Shown here piece by piece: positions 43,840 to 56,796 of a DNA stretch of 64,000 nucleotides. The stretch is from Rebecca billardiae RCC1528. Its lineage: Eukaryota; Protista; Haptophyta. The notes beneath the pieces are model-generated. The model saw only the letters and a program-made list of their open reading frames with translations. It was not told the DNA's origin and made no database searches. Location: positions 1,860,001-1,924,000 of the forward strand of contig OZ251224.1 in assembly GCA_965240325.2 (NCBI GenBank), written 5' to 3'. Each line of letters starts with the position of its first letter. Within the stretch, counting starts at the first letter, position 1. The translations under genes and the position numbers were made by a program.

Positions 43840-44327
43840 ATCGCACCATAGGTCGGCGGCCGTTTCAGCCGACCAGCACGCATGTTATACACTCGCACAG
43901 GATACGAGCGCGCATCGAGCTGTCAACTTTAGCCTTGATCGAGGGCCACGACAGTTACTACTTACTTACTCAGTTAGCTATGACTCAATAATACTGTACT
44001 ATTATATATATTGCTAATACTACTGTGTGAGTATCAGACAAGTCAAAGACAAAGACGAGTCGGAGAGAGTGTGAGAGGGAGTGAGACAAAGTGCGGCCCG
44101 GGGCGGCGGCCCGATTATCCTGCTGTGTATAGTAGTTAGTACTGCGCCCGATTATCCCACACGGGTCGTGGGCCCCGTATCCTGATTCCTGACGCCGGCT
44201 GACGGATATTGGGTTCCGATCCGCCAGCCTCATTTTTAGCAGCAGCATGCCCAGGCAGACGGGGCAGTGATCGGATGCGCATCACGCGCGCGATCGAGTG
44301 ACGATGAGTGCGCGCGCGCGCCGGGCC

Positions 44328-46247
44328 TCACATGTGCACGGGGGCAGCGCAGCCGTCCGCGCGACCGTCCGAGCCGCCCCAGAGCACGCCGTCGCTCGTG
44401 CGCGCGATGATCTGCGCGCGGCCGAGGCAGTAGCACTCGAAGCCGCTCACGACCTTCAGGTCGTGGCCTCGGTCGCGCAGCGCGTCAAGTACGCCCCGGC
44501 TGAAGGTGCACTCCACGGCGATGCTCGGCGAGCACACGGACGCGCCCTCGTGCACCGGCAGCACGCAGAAGCGCGGCATGTCCACCGCCTCCTGCGCACA
44601 CATGTGCTGCCGCACCAGGCGGCACACGAGCTGCACGTGCCCCTGCGGCTGCATGAAGCCGCCCATGTTGGTCAGCGTGGCGAGCAGCTCGCCGCTCGCC
44701 GCGTCGGTGAGGATGCACGGCAAGATGGTGTGGTACGGCCGCTTGCCGGGCCCGAGCGCGTTGGGCGCGCCGTCCACCAGCGAGAAGCTCATCCCGCGGT
44801 TCTGCAGACTGAAGCCGCACTCGGCGGGCACGATGCCGGTGCCAAAGCCGTAGTAGTTGCTCTGCACGGCGGACACGGCGTTGCCCTGCCCGTCGACGAC
44901 CTGCCAGGAGACGGTGCTCGACTCGTCCCGCGGCGCGCCCCGCGGCACGTCCCGCAGTGCCCTGTCCGGCTCGAAGAGCGCCGCGCGCGCGCGCGCGTGC
45001 GCCTCGGACAGCAGCTCGTCCACGGGCACGCGCACCGCCTCGGGGTCGCCCACGTAGTAGGCGGTGTCGGCGTACGCGAGCCGGAGGGCCTCGATCTGCG
45101 CGTGCACGCGCGCGGCCTCGAGGGTGTCGGCGTCCTCGGCGCTCGCGCTCGCGCCGGCGTGCGCCTCCCCGCCGGCGCGCGGCACGCGCGAGCGCCACGG
45201 CGGGCACCGGCCGCTCGCCTCCAGCTCGCGCAGAATGTTGAGTGCCAGCAGCGCGGTGAGGCCGCCGCCGTTGGGCGGGTGCTCCCACACGCGCACGCCG
45301 TCGTACTCGACGCTGATCGGCGCGGTGAAGGTGGAGGTGTGCGCGGAGAGGTCGGCGTGCTGCAGGCAGCCGCCCGCCTCCTCGACGGCCTCGACAATCG
45401 CGTCCGCCACCCAGCCCGAGTAGAAGGCGTCGCGGCCGCCGTCGGCTATCTTGCGGAGCACGCGAGCGAGCGTCGGGCGGCGGAAGAGCGTGCCCGCCGC
45501 CGGGGCGTGGCCGGTCGGCGTGAGGAGCTCGTGCCCGTGGGGCGAGGCCTCGCGGAGCATGTCCCGCGAGCCGTGCCAGTAGTGCGCCGTGATCGGCGAT
45601 ACCGGGAACCCGCGCTCGGCCAGGTCGATCGCGCGCGCGAGGATGGCGCGCATCGGCACGAGCCCGGAGCCGAGCGCATCGACCGCGTCAAACCACGCGG
45701 CGATCGCGCCCGGCACGGTGACGGCATGGCCGTGGGTGCGGGGCAGTGTGCCCGCGCTCGGCGCAAGCGGACACTCTGCCCGCACGCGCGCGAGGTTCTG
45801 CGCGCCCGGCGAGCGCCCGCTCCCGTTCAGCGCGCTGAGCGACGCGGTCGCAGCCGAGAAGGTCAGCATGAAGAAGTCTCCGCCGATGCCGTTCGAGCAG
45901 GGCTCGAGGACGGCGAGCGCGGCAGCCACGGCGATCGTCGCGTCGACCGCGTTGCCACCGAGGCGCAGGATCTCCAGGCCGGCCTGCGTCGCCAGAGGCT
46001 GCGACGACGAGACCATGCCGTCGATGCCGAGCGCAGGAGAGCGCGTGAAGAGCGGAGGGCGCGACGCAACCAGCGTGAATGGGTGCTGGCGGTGGGCGTC
46101 GCGCCGAGGTGCACCACGGGCCGATACCCAGATGACCTGTGCGCGCACACGCGCGCGTCGCTCCCTGCGACGTAGCGTGGCTACGAGGAGTGCCGCCGCC
46201 GCGGCGCCCGCGCATGCCAGTGCCAGCTCGCGCGATGACATCCCCAT
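44328..46247 (-). CDS. ggt: Gamma-glutamyltransferase family protein with N-terminal membrane anchor
   Basis: GGNAVDA, GIGGDFF, VTVPGAIAAW, nucleophile region STVSWQVVDGQGNAVS, LQNRG, PGKRPYHTI, MGGFMQPQGH, SDGRADG. Confidence 0.93.
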   Translation of the reverse strand: MGMSSRELALACAGAAAAALLVATLRRRERRARVRAQVIWVSARGAPRRDAHRQHPFTLVASRPPLFTRSPALGIDGMVSSSQPLATQAGLEILRLGGNAVDATIAVAAALAVLEPCSNGIGGDFFMLTFSAATASLSALNGSGRSPGAQNLARVRAECPLAPSAGTLPRTHGHAVTVPGAIAAWFDAVDALGSGLVPMRAILARAIDLAERGFPVSPITAHYWHGSRDMLREASPHGHELLTPTGHAPAAGTLFRRPTLARVLRKIADGGRDAFYSGWVADAIVEAVEEAGGCLQHADLSAHTSTFTAPISVEYDGVRVWEHPPNGGGLTALLALNILRELEASGRCPPWRSRVPRAGGEAHAGASASAEDADTLEAARVHAQIEALRLAYADTAYYVGDPEAVRVPVDELLSEAHARARAALFEPDRALRDVPRGAPRDESSTVSWQVVDGQGNAVSAVQSNYYGFGTGIVPAECGFSLQNRGMSFSLVDGAPNALGPGKRPYHTILPCILTDAASGELLATLTNMGGFMQPQGHVQLVCRLVRQHMCAQEAVDMPRFCVLPVHEGASVCSPSIAVECTFSRGVLDALRDRGHDLKVVSGFECYCLGRAQIIARTSDGVLWGGSDGRADGCAAPVHM

Positions 46248-46877
46248 TCCCCGATTCCAGTGTACCCAGATGGGGGTACGTACGCACGTGTACATACTCA
46301 TCGCCGCGGGAATCAATCTCGTCGCGTGATTCTCAGTTCCGCCGCATGCACGTGGCAGCAAGGTGGCAGCCGTGCATGTGGCGTCGTGCAGAGGGCTGCA
46401 GCCGACTGAAGTCGATCCGCAACTGACAGTGCAACCGCGCAATCAGTAGTAATCGCATATACTCGCCTGCAGATCGAACGCACGAGGGCGGGGTGTCTGC
46501 GTGTACCAATAACGACGCTCGACAACCATGTACCGGTGGTGACGACGCAAGCAGTCTGGCGGCCGCCATGAGTCGCCGTAGTCTACCATGGGCCGCGCGG
46601 ATCGACCCGGAGCCATGTCAGGATGTAGTGCCCAGCATGCGATGATGTCTTCGCTCAGTCGGCGCAGCTTCCGCCAGTGATGCGCTCCAGCGACTGCGCA
46701 AGCCTCGGCAAAGAGGTGCTCAGCCGCATGCCACTGCGAGGCGGGGGACTCATGCGTCGAGAAGCCCAGCAGACCCGATAGGAATGCAGCCGCGATGCGC
46801 GCCGCTGGGCGCATGCACACAGGCTCGGGCACCGGCGCGAGGCCGTCCAAAGCAGCAGCAGCTGCTGCTCATGGCTC

Positions 46878-48969
46878 TCAGCGCCGCCCGCCACGCCCGC
46901 GGCCGCCACGGGCCGTGCCAATGGGCCCAGCGCCGCGAGCACCGCCGTTGAATCCGCCCCGCGCAGCCCCGCCGCCGCCACCGCCGCCTCCGTAGCCGCC
47001 GCCCGCGCCGCCGCCGCCGCCGCCACGCCAGCCGTCGTTGGGCTGAGGCGCGCCGTCATACCCCGGCGGCCCGCCGCCACCGAAGCCGCCGCCGCCGCCG
47101 CCGCCAAAGCCAGCGCCGCCCCCGGGGCGGCCGCCGCCACCGCCGCCGCCGCCGCCGCCGCGAGCGCCCCCACCGCGCCCCTCGACGCGCAGCCCGGGCG
47201 TGCCCTTGAGTCCCATCTTGCCGACTGTCTGCGCGCGCAGCTCCGGCGGCTCGCGCAGCCTGCGGACGCACCGCGCCGCGCGCGCGCGGTTCGGGGTCAG
47301 GAGGACGGGCCGGGGGCGGCTCGGCCGGGGCGCGCGACGGGGCCGCCGCGCGTCGGGGCCGCCGGCACGCGCGCGCGCCGCGCGCGCACCCGATGCACGA
47401 GGCGAAGTGGTTCGCCATCTCGACGAGCCGCGTCGGGCTCCAGCCGAGCTTGCGCTGCAGCCCGTTGTAGTATCCCAGCCACGCCTGGTACGCCTGCGCG
47501 CCGCGGTCGACCTCGTCGCCCTTGCCCGCGGCCTCGCCCACGCGCGTGAGCGCGCGCGCGAGCGCGGGCGGGATCTCGTCGGTGGGCTGCGCGCCGCCGT
47601 GCGCCACCCACTCCTTCACCGGCAGGTCCGAGAGCTCTCTGAGAAAGAAGCGCTCAAAGTCGCACAGCAGCAGCAGGCCGACGCCGCTCTTGCCCGCGCG
47701 CGCCGAGCGGCCGGTGCGGTGGACGTACTGCTCGCGCGACGAGGCGCAGCCGATCTGCAGCACGAACGTCACGTCCGGGTAGTCCAGCCCGCGCGCCGAC
47801 ACGTCGGACGAGAAGAGCACCGCGCGCGGCGCGTCGCGGAACTGCTTGGACGTCTTGTCGCGCGCGCCCTGCGACTTGCGCGAGTGGATCTCGAGCACGG
47901 GCAGGCCGGCGTCGTTGCAGAGCTCGGCGAAGAACTGGGTCATGCGCGCGGTGACGAAGAAGACGATCACCTTCGCGTTGGGCTGCTGCATCTGCGCGCA
48001 GAGCAGCGCCCACATCGTCGGCAGCAGCTGCGGCAGCGCGCACTCCATCGCGTACTGGTCGAGCGCGTCCGCGGTCGCCGAGTCCTCCTCGCCGATGCAG
48101 TCGATGTGGCGCTGCGCGTTGCCGGGGCGGAGCGCGTGCGAGGCGACCTGCTTCACCGCCGCCGGCACCGTCGCCGAGAAGAGCAGCGTCTGCCGCGCGC
48201 TCGGCGGCGGCAGCGCGGCGAGGATCCGGTCGATGGTCGGCTTGAAGCCCATGTCGAGCAGCTGGTCCGCCTCGTCAAAGATGAGCACGCGCAGGCCGTG
48301 GAAGGAGGGGGCGAAGCCGGCGGTGCTCTTGAGGTGGTCCTCGAGCCGGCCGGGCGTCGCGATCAGGATGGGCGACGGCCCGTTCCGCAGCAGCTGCGAC
48401 GTCTCCGACTTCATGTTGGTGCCGCCGATCATCACCTGCACGCCCAGCGGCGCGCTGAAGAAGCGCGTGAGCACCTTCGCCTCGTGCGCGGTCTGCGAGG
48501 TGAGCTCGCGGGTCGGGCTGAGGATGAGGAGGGCGACGGTGCCCGCCGGCGGCGCCCCCACGCGCACGACGCGCTCGATCGACGGGATGAGGAAGGCGAG
48601 CGTCTTGCCCGTCCCCGTCTTCGCGCGCGCGAGCAGGTCAAAGCCTTGGAGCGCGACCGGGATGGCAGCCTCCTGCACGGGGCTGCAGAACTCGTAGCCG
48701 AAGCCCTGCGACATGGCGCGCTGCGTCTCCGGCAGCAGCGGGAGCGACGCGAAGCGCGTGTTCGAGATCAGCGGCGACGGGTGCAGCGGCGTGCGCGCCG
48801 GCGGCGGCGGCAGCGGCTGATGCTGCATGGGCACCGGCTGCGGCTGCGGCTGCTCGAACATGCGCTGGTCGGCGTCGCCCGTCGTCTCAGCCGCGTCGCC
48901 GCGACCACGCCCGCCGCGCCCGCCGCGGCGCCGCCGCTTCGATCCATGCCCGCTGTTCGAGTTCTCCAT
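46878..48969 (-). CDS. DEAD-box RNA helicase (Mss116/plant RH25-31-like) with RGG tail. Intron 47260-47389
   Basis: AKTGTGKT, PTREL, TPGR, DEAD, SAT, ARGLD, HRTGRSAR, AYQAWLGYY; last exon KMGLKG + Gly/Arg-rich tail. Confidence 0.95.
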
Positions 48970-49250
48970 CGGCGCGCGTCGAGCGGGGAGTGGCGGGGGC
49001 GGGCCTGCAGCCTCCTCCTACGTTTGCGCAGCTGCTCGCTGCCGCATCCGGTCACGCGTCGGTGACGTCGCGCGCGCCCGTTGCTTCGGAGGTCTGGAGT
49101 CCGGACGCTCGACGTGAACCTTCGGCGAAATATTACTTTTCCGGAAAGGGCACGCCTAAACAAAGGAAAGGGAGACGCGTTGGGGTCCTTTCATAGGCAC
49201 CAAGGGGTTGAGGGTGCTGGCCAGCGTCCGCCGCTGCGCCGCCGACAGCC

Positions 49251-51017
49251 ATGGCCAAGCTCGCTCGGCGAGGGCTCCTCCTCGGGGCCTTGCTCGCGGC
49301 GGCGCTCGTGCCGAAGGCGAGGGGCCAGGTGTCCGACTGCACCTCGCACGACCAGTGCCTCGAGGACGAGTACTGCCTGCACTACACCGTGCCCGGATGT
49401 GCGTGCGCGCGCGTGCGAGCTTTTGCGCGCGGCGTGCAGGTCGCGCCGCCCTGGCTGACCCGCCCTCGCGCGGCTCGTGCGGCGGCGTGGCGCGCGGCGC
49501 GGAGCAGATGCGCCCATCAGCTACTGCCAGTCCTGCATTGACGAGTACGGCTTCTCGTGCTCAGGCTATGGCCTCTCCATCGACGGCGACTGCGGCAAGT
49601 GCGCCGAGGCCGAGGCCGCCGCAGGCGATGTGCACGAGTACATCGCCTGCGAGACGCACAGCGCGTGCGGCGAGGGGATGTACTGCTACACGTCGCAGGT
49701 TGGCACCGTCCCGTACACGCTGCAGGACTGCTACCCGTGCACCGACGAGAGCGGCTACACGTGCGCCGACTGGGGCGACTCGGTCGACGGCTCGTGCTCG
49801 CAGTGCTCCGATGCGCCGCAGGCCATCAGCGGGTGCACGACGCACGGCGCGTGCGTGGAGGGCTTCTACTGCGCGTCGTACGAGTCGCAGGGCGGCTCGG
49901 CCGTCGTCGACTGCATGCCGTGCGTCGACTTCCTCGGCTACGGCTGCGCCGACTACGGCGACTCGATCGACGGCTCGTGCCAGCCGTGCGACGGCGTGAC
50001 CGAGGCGCCGGACGACTACTACGGGTACGGGTACGGCGGCACGGGGGAGATGGGCGACTGCGTCAACCCGGGGGATGACAACTCGCCCGTCGCGCTGCAG
50101 GAGTGCACCGCCCACGCCGACTGCGCCTCGGCCAACTACTGCTCCTCGTACATGGGCTTCGGCGGCTGCATCGTGCAGTGCTGGCCGTGCCTCGACTCCT
50201 CCGGCATCTCGTGCGAGGAGTACGGCGACTCGATCAGCGGCTCGTGCGAGCACTGCGCGGCCGGGGGAGGGGACAGCGGGTCCGGCGGCGGCGGCGGCGG
50301 CGGGGACGACGACGATGATAAGGACGAGCCCTCACCCAGCAACTCGGGCTCCTCGTCCAGCTCGGGCGCGGGTGGCGACTCCGGCGACGAGCGAAGCGAG
50401 GGGCGGAGCACGGGCTCGCGGGATGAGTGCCACGGTCACGACAACTGCGAGCGCGGCAAGTACTGCGCGGAGAAGGACGGCGGCAACAAGTGCCTCCCGT
50501 GCCAGTCCACTGTCGGCGGCTGCGAGGTGCGCGCACCGCGCACCGCGCCTCCCCGCCCTGCCCGCCCGCCCGCGGCTCACCCCGGCGCGTGCGCGCGCGC
50601 GCTCTCACCGGCTGCCTCCGTGCTCCCTCAGGCGGACCTGGACTCCGTGGACGGCAACTGCACCCGCTGCGAGGGGTACAAGATGGACGGGGCAGCGGGC
50701 GCGGCCACCACGGGCGCGGACGAGCTGGACCCGTGGCACGTCTTCGGCGTCGTTGTCGCGTCGGTCGGCGGCGCATGCGCTCTGCTCGCCCTTGCGTACT
50801 ACGTGGCGAAGGTGCGGCGCTGCGAATGCGCCCTGCGCCCTGCGCCGTGCCGACCTGCTCCGCGCTGACCGCGCGCTGGCCGGCGCGCGCTCCGCGCCGC
50901 ACGCCGCAGGCCGTTCGTCGCAAGATGAACCCCGGCTCGTCGTGGGACAGCCGCAACCAGCTGAACGATGACGGCGCCGGCGCGTACGACGCCCCGATTC
51001 AGACGGCGACGGGCTAG
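49251..51017 (+). CDS. Type I membrane protein with five Cys-rich repeats. Introns 49399-49507, 50527-50631, 50812-50909
   Basis: Signal peptide, repeats C-x2-H-x2-C-x4-YC...C-x-PC...C...DS[IV]DG-x-C-x2-C, TM helix HVFGVVVASVGGACALLALAYYV, short tail. Confidence 0.85.
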
Positions 51018-51414
51018 GCGCGAGCTGCGTCACTGATGCACCTGCGACCAGTCTCTGACAGACCGTTGACAGTCTGAGTCAGACTGAGACGCCGGGCGTG
51101 TCAGCTGTCGGGCTGCCGTTCGCAAGCTTCAGCTTCATTCTTCATTGCGCCCATCAGATCCGGGCGGAGACGCGCGTACGTGCCATGACATATGGCCTGT
51201 TTATATAGCAGGTCACTGTGTTGGACGCCGTGACGGAGCGACACCGGGCCGAACCGTCACGGCCTACCGTTACCGCCAGTCATTTATATATATATATGTG
51301 AATGTCGATTGCAATTGATTGTCGATCGACACGCATCACACGTAGTAGTCGTCGCCGCTGATCGTCAATATGAGTCGTGATGCTGCAGGCGTGCCCGCGT
51401 TCCCGCGGAGACTT

Positions 51415-54400
51415 TCAAGTCCGAAGTCGTATAGGCGACGATATACCCTGATGAGTCCCGGTCCCGGATGAAGAAGTCGAGCCGTGGATGTCCACAGCCA
51501 CGGGGGGCTCGAGCACCGCGGCGCCATCCACGCTGACGCGGAGCTCGTAGCGCCCGGCGGCGTGCGTGACGAACGTGAGCACGTGCACGCCGTCGCGCGC
51601 GTCAAAAGTGCTGCGCACGTCCACCCGCTTCGACGCGGTCAGCGGCACGCGCACGCGAGCCGTCACGGCCTCAACGCCCGCGGAGGGCGTGCGGTTGCCG
51701 CAGCCGTCGCGCGGCACGACCAACGCCGTGACTGTCGCGCCGACGCACGGCTGGCGCGTCGTCACGGCGCAGGTGAAGGAGGCGGCGTGCGGCTTGCCCG
51801 GCAGCACGCTCAGGTCGATTGGGCTGCCGTGCACGTGCGCCCCGCCGGCCGCGGTGACGTGCAGCGCGTACTCGCCCGCCGCGCGCGGCGTGAAGCGCGC
51901 TTGGCACTCGCCCGCGCGCGCGCTGCCCAGCTCGAGCTCGCACGGCACGTCCGCGGGCCCCGCGATCCGCGCCGCCACGCCCGCCTCGGCCGGGTCGCAC
52001 GCGTTGCCGAAGCGGTCGAGCAGTCGCACTCGCACCCGGCGCTCCGTGCCCGCGACCGCGTGCGCGAGAGGCAGGCCGGACGACGAGCCCTCCGCCGGGA
52101 GCAAGGCCGCGCCTGACTCCCGAGGGTCGACGCGCGCGGGTGAGACGAGGACGGAGTACGGGGAGTGGCCGACAGGCTCGCCGATGCCGCCGGGCGCCGC
52201 GCTGCTCGCGAGGCCCACGCGCAGCGAGTGCGCGCCCGCCTCCGTCGCCACGTACTCTGCGCGCACGCTGCCGCCCCGCCCTTCTGCAGCGGCCAGGTTG
52301 GCGCCCCGCGCGCGGCGCCGTGCGCGGCGCGTGGAGGGATGCGGAGGGGGCGTCACGGGGCACGGTCAGCCGCAGAGGCACGCGCGCCGCGTCGTGTGGC
52401 GGCGGTGTGAGAGAGACGCAGGGCAGGGCAGGGCCAGGGCCAGCCGAGCTGCAGAACCCGCACCGCAGCATGGGCGCGGCGCGAGCTGGGCGCGCGCGCC
52501 GGGCGGCGCACCTGCGTGCATGGCCACTGGGACGATGCGGCCGCTTGGCGCGCGCAGCTCGGCCGCGACGCGACTCCGCCCCGTGCGGCTTCGGAGCGCG
52601 CGCGCACCGGCCGCGCCGGCTCCGAGCCCGATCTGAAAGCGAGCGGCCTCGCCCGCGCGCGCGCGCGCCAGCCCGGCCCCGCTGACGGCGGCCTCGGCGC
52701 CGAGCTGCGCGGCCGGATCGACCTCAATCTGCATGGGCGAGCCGAGCACGTGCGCGCCGCGCGCGCCAAGCACGCTCAGTTGGTACCGGCCGCTCAGCAC
52801 GGGCACGAAGCTCAGCTCCCACTCCGCCGCCCACGGCGCGTCGTCGGCGCCCGCGCGTGCGCTGGCCTCGGTGAGCTCGCGCTCTGCGCACGCCGCCGGC
52901 CCGCTGAGCGTCGCTCGGAAAGGCGGGCCGCGCTCGGCCGTGCACGGCGCGCCGTGCGCATCAAGCGCGCTCACGCGCACACGCACAGCGGAGCCGACGC
53001 GTGCCCCGGCCTCGCTGAGCAGCCGGACTTCGGAGCGGGTCGGGTGCGCGCTCAGGGCGGCCGCGGAGGCGGGCACGTGGGTGGCGCCGGTGCGCACGCC
53101 AGCCGCCGAGGACGCGCGCGCCGGCGGAGCGGGCCGAGTGTGCCTTGGTGTGGCGAGCGCGCCGCCCTGAGACGGCTCCGTGCGCCGCGCCGCTGCTGCC
53201 AGCTGGACGCGGGGCTTGGCTTCGGCACTCGCCGGCCTCGGCTGCGCAGAAGCGACCCGCCGTGTCGACGGCGGCGAATCGAACCCGGCGTCAGCGCCGT
53301 CGCAAGCCGCCTCGACCGCCTCGCCGGGCTCGCGCCGGCCGGCGGCCCCACGCCCGCCCGCCGCGGGCGCCACCTGCGCGTGCACCGGGCTGCCTGCGAG
53401 CAGCACCCCGCACACGCTAGCGCGCACCGCGTAGCGGCCGCTCACTTGGGCGGCAAACTCCACACGCACCGAGCCCGCGCCCTCGGCGCGCGCGCGGAGG
53501 CCGACGACGGGGCTGGGCCCGTCGACGCGCACCGCGATGCTGCCCGCGAGGTCGTCGGCGCCCATGTCGGGCACGTTGCCGTGCGCGTCGCGCAGGTGGA
53601 CGGTCAAGCCGACGCGCGCGTGCGCCACCGCCGAGCGCAGACCGTCCGCAGCGAGCCAGCAGCGCGGCGCGTGCGGGGCGCCTGGCGCGACTTGCAGCGT
53701 GAGCCGCGCCGCGCCCGCGCCGCCGACGCGCTCGCCGCGCAACGTGCACTCCACGTCGTACACCCCTGCGCGCACGCACACGCCTGTCAGCTCCGCGCTG
53801 TACGAGCCATCGTGGCGGTCCTCCATGGCGACCGCCGTGGCAGGCGGCGACGCCGCCCGCGGCCCACTGCCGTTGGCTTGCCGCGGGTTCGATCTCGAGG
53901 CGCGGAAGGCAGCAGCTCCCTCGCCGCCCGCCTCGCCGGCGTACCGGACATGCACGGCGAAGCCGAGCTCGCCGCCGATGGTCCACGCGTTGCCCAGCCG
54001 ATCGCACGCGTGCGCCGTCAGCCACACGCGATCCCCCGCCCGGCAGCGTGCCGCGCTGAGCTGCGCGCGTGACGCGGCCGCATCTGCAGGCGCGGGCAGC
54101 ACTGTGAGCCTGAATGGGCTCCCCGCCAGGTGTGCTCCCGACGGCTCGGCCACAGTGAGGACGTGCGGCCCGGCGAGCGGCGCGACGAGCTCGAGCTCGA
54201 AGCGCCCGGGCGCTGTGCGCTCGACGGATGCCGCCGTGCACCCAGCCGCCGCGCTCGGCGGGGTCGAACATCCGGCGGAGCCTGTCTCCGTGGCCCAGTC
54301 CTCGCTGGGCGGAAGTGGCGGCGGGTGGCGGCTGCCAGAAGCGGGCGCCAGCCAGGCAGACGGGTGCGCGCCGGCCGGGAACTCGGCGGGCAGTCCTGCG

Positions 54401-55515
54401 TCGTCTAGCGCGACGAGTGCGATGCGCGCGGGCGCACCGGCGTGCATCCTGCGCAGCGCATCGCCCTGCGCCACGGCGCAGCCGAGCGGCACCAGCGGCG
54501 CACGCACGCTGAGCTGCACCGGGCTGCCGCGCACGTGCGCGCCTGCGTGCAGCACGCTCACGCTGTACGCGCCGCCCAGCACGGGCGTGGCACGCAGCCG
54601 CAGCCGGTGGCCGAGGGCGGGCTGCTCGTCGCCAGCATGCGCGGAGCCCCTGTCCGCCTCGAAGCGCAGCTCCGATGGCCCGCGCACGCCCAGGTCGAAC
54701 CGCTCCTCCGCGCCGACAGCGCACGCGTTGCCGCACGCGTCGCGCGCGCTGATGCGCAGCGAGAGCGGTTGGCGCGCGCGCAGGACACCCTCCTCCGGCA
54801 GCTCGAGGGTCGCCTCGCAGCGCGAGGCGTGGATCGCCCCTGCGTGCACGATGACGGTGCGCACGCCACCGTCGGACTCTGCGCCCTCCACCGGCTGTCC
54901 TGCCGCCGCGAGGCGCAGCCGGTACGCACCGGCGTGCGTTGCGCGGTACTCGCACGCGAATGCCGTCGGCCCGCGGGGGGAGACGTTGACGGGCACAGCC
55001 TCGGAAGAGGCCGTGGTGGGCTCGGTCGAGTCGCGTGCATGCTCCGACGGGATCAGCTCCGCGACTAGCCATCCGCTTGGCCGCACGATTCGTGCATGTC
55101 CCGGGCGCTCGACGATGCGAACAATGAATGCCGCCGCCTCGCCGGCGACAGCGGACGCGGCGCCCGCGCCGTCGATGGCGAGCGAGGGGGCGGCATACTC
55201 GGCCACGTGACAGATTCGCGGGCAGCCTACAACCAGTCTGCCGTTGAGCGTCGCCGAGACCACGTATGGACCCGTGGAGTTCGCCTGCCACGTGACAATG
55301 TACGTGCCATCCTGCCGATCGACCACCTCCGCCGCCGGCTCGTCCCCGAGCGCACTGCCGCGCACGGTGACGAGGACCGCGTCCCCCCCGCCCGTGCTGA
55401 TGAGAGTTCCAGACTCATCGTACGCATGGATTGCAAACTGGACCGGCGTCCCCACCAGCGCAAAGTCCGAGAACCCATCGAGGGACGCCGACCTCGAGAC
55501 CCCGGCCGCCGCCAT
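51415..55515 (-). CDS. Filamin/ABP280 Ig-like repeat protein. Intron 52284-52511
   Basis: Repeated DRQDGTY / DRHDGSY, GxYxVSV, HVRGSP / HLAGSPF and DxxGN motifs. A phase-1 intron joins the 1049-aa and 313-aa ORFs. Confidence 0.88.
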
Positions 55516-56563
55516 CGGCTCGCCCTCGCACCGTTCGAATAAAAGAGTCCGTAGGTAGCCTGTGTCTTTTTAAAAATCATAGAATTAGTCCGGGCTATCT
55601 TGGACCAGAAATCGGAAATCCAGGATCCCGCCGATGATGTAACGACGTGGTATGATTACCCCCTTGGTGGTATGCAACGGGATGATGAGAGAAGAATCAG
55701 GCGGATGAGGCTCGAATCGCTGCTTATGAGCTTATCAGTGATTTTGCTATTATGGAGATTCCCGGTCCTGGCCTCCTGGGCGCAATTCATTGGTGGGAGC
55801 TCAGAGTTTGAAACGACGACTACGACGAAAGCCCCGCAAATAATTTCAAATTGCGCATTCATTAACGCGTCGTCGCCGCCGGGCCGGCGCCGCGCCGGCA
55901 AACTTTGAAACTTCATCGCCGACAGTGCCCGCCGACACGTCGCCGGGGGCGCCGGCCGTGACCACTTACGGCGTGGCGTGCACGCTTGTGACGGTCGCAG
56001 GCTGCCAATGTCGTTACTGGGCGCACACAGATGCTACTGAGCGGAGTCGAGGACCGAATGTGTAGCGGTAGCTAGTCAACATCCGGATGGTCTCAGGCCG
56101 TCCTCGGAGCATTCGTTGCATGGTCAATGATGGACATGGTGGCAAGCGGCGGCGCAGACCGACTCGGACTGGCACGGCGCGCACTGCATAAAAGTAACTG
56201 TGCGGTCTCGCGGGCTGCATGCAGCTGTGCGGCCGAGTCAGGGCACCCGCAGTTGGCGGCGTGACGCTGACGCGGCGCGAAGCATGCAGACAGGGCGCGA
56301 GCAGGCGCGAGCAGGCGAGGTCATGCGCCGCCTGAAAACGGCGACAGGCGGCATGCGGCATGCGAGGCAGAGCGCACGAGGCAGCGCCCTGCGATGTAAG
56401 AAAAACCACTCGGGATGCGGGCATGCGGGTGGGAGGCGTGTGCGTCACGGCGGGGGCATTCGCAGCGCCCCGCGAGCTCGCGCCGCCTCCTCGGTGCAGG
56501 GGATCATGCCGAGAGCGAACCGCCTCGGCGGATCCGCACATGCGACTCGGTGCGCCGGGGACC

Positions 56564-56756
56564 TCAGCGCGCCCGCGGGAGCGGCGGGATCACAACGCCC
56601 TGCATCTGGGCGAGTGCGCTGAGCGCGCCTTTGGCCTCTGGCCGGCCGAGGTGGGCAGGCGGGAGCGGGAGGAGGAGCGGGCCCATCATCGCCGTCGTCG
56701 GCGGCACGGCTCCTACCGTCGGCACCACCGACGGCGGCGCCGCCGGTGCCACCGCT

Positions 56757-56796
<40 letters not shown>

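Noticed and set aside
44328-46880. DEAD last exon, the 135-aa ORF (46443-46850) and GGT lie in one frame separated only by TGA codons, suggesting readthrough
   Set aside because: No SECIS seen, GGT has its own ATG and anchor, TGA is the commonest chance stop at this GC content, and frame coincidence is likely.
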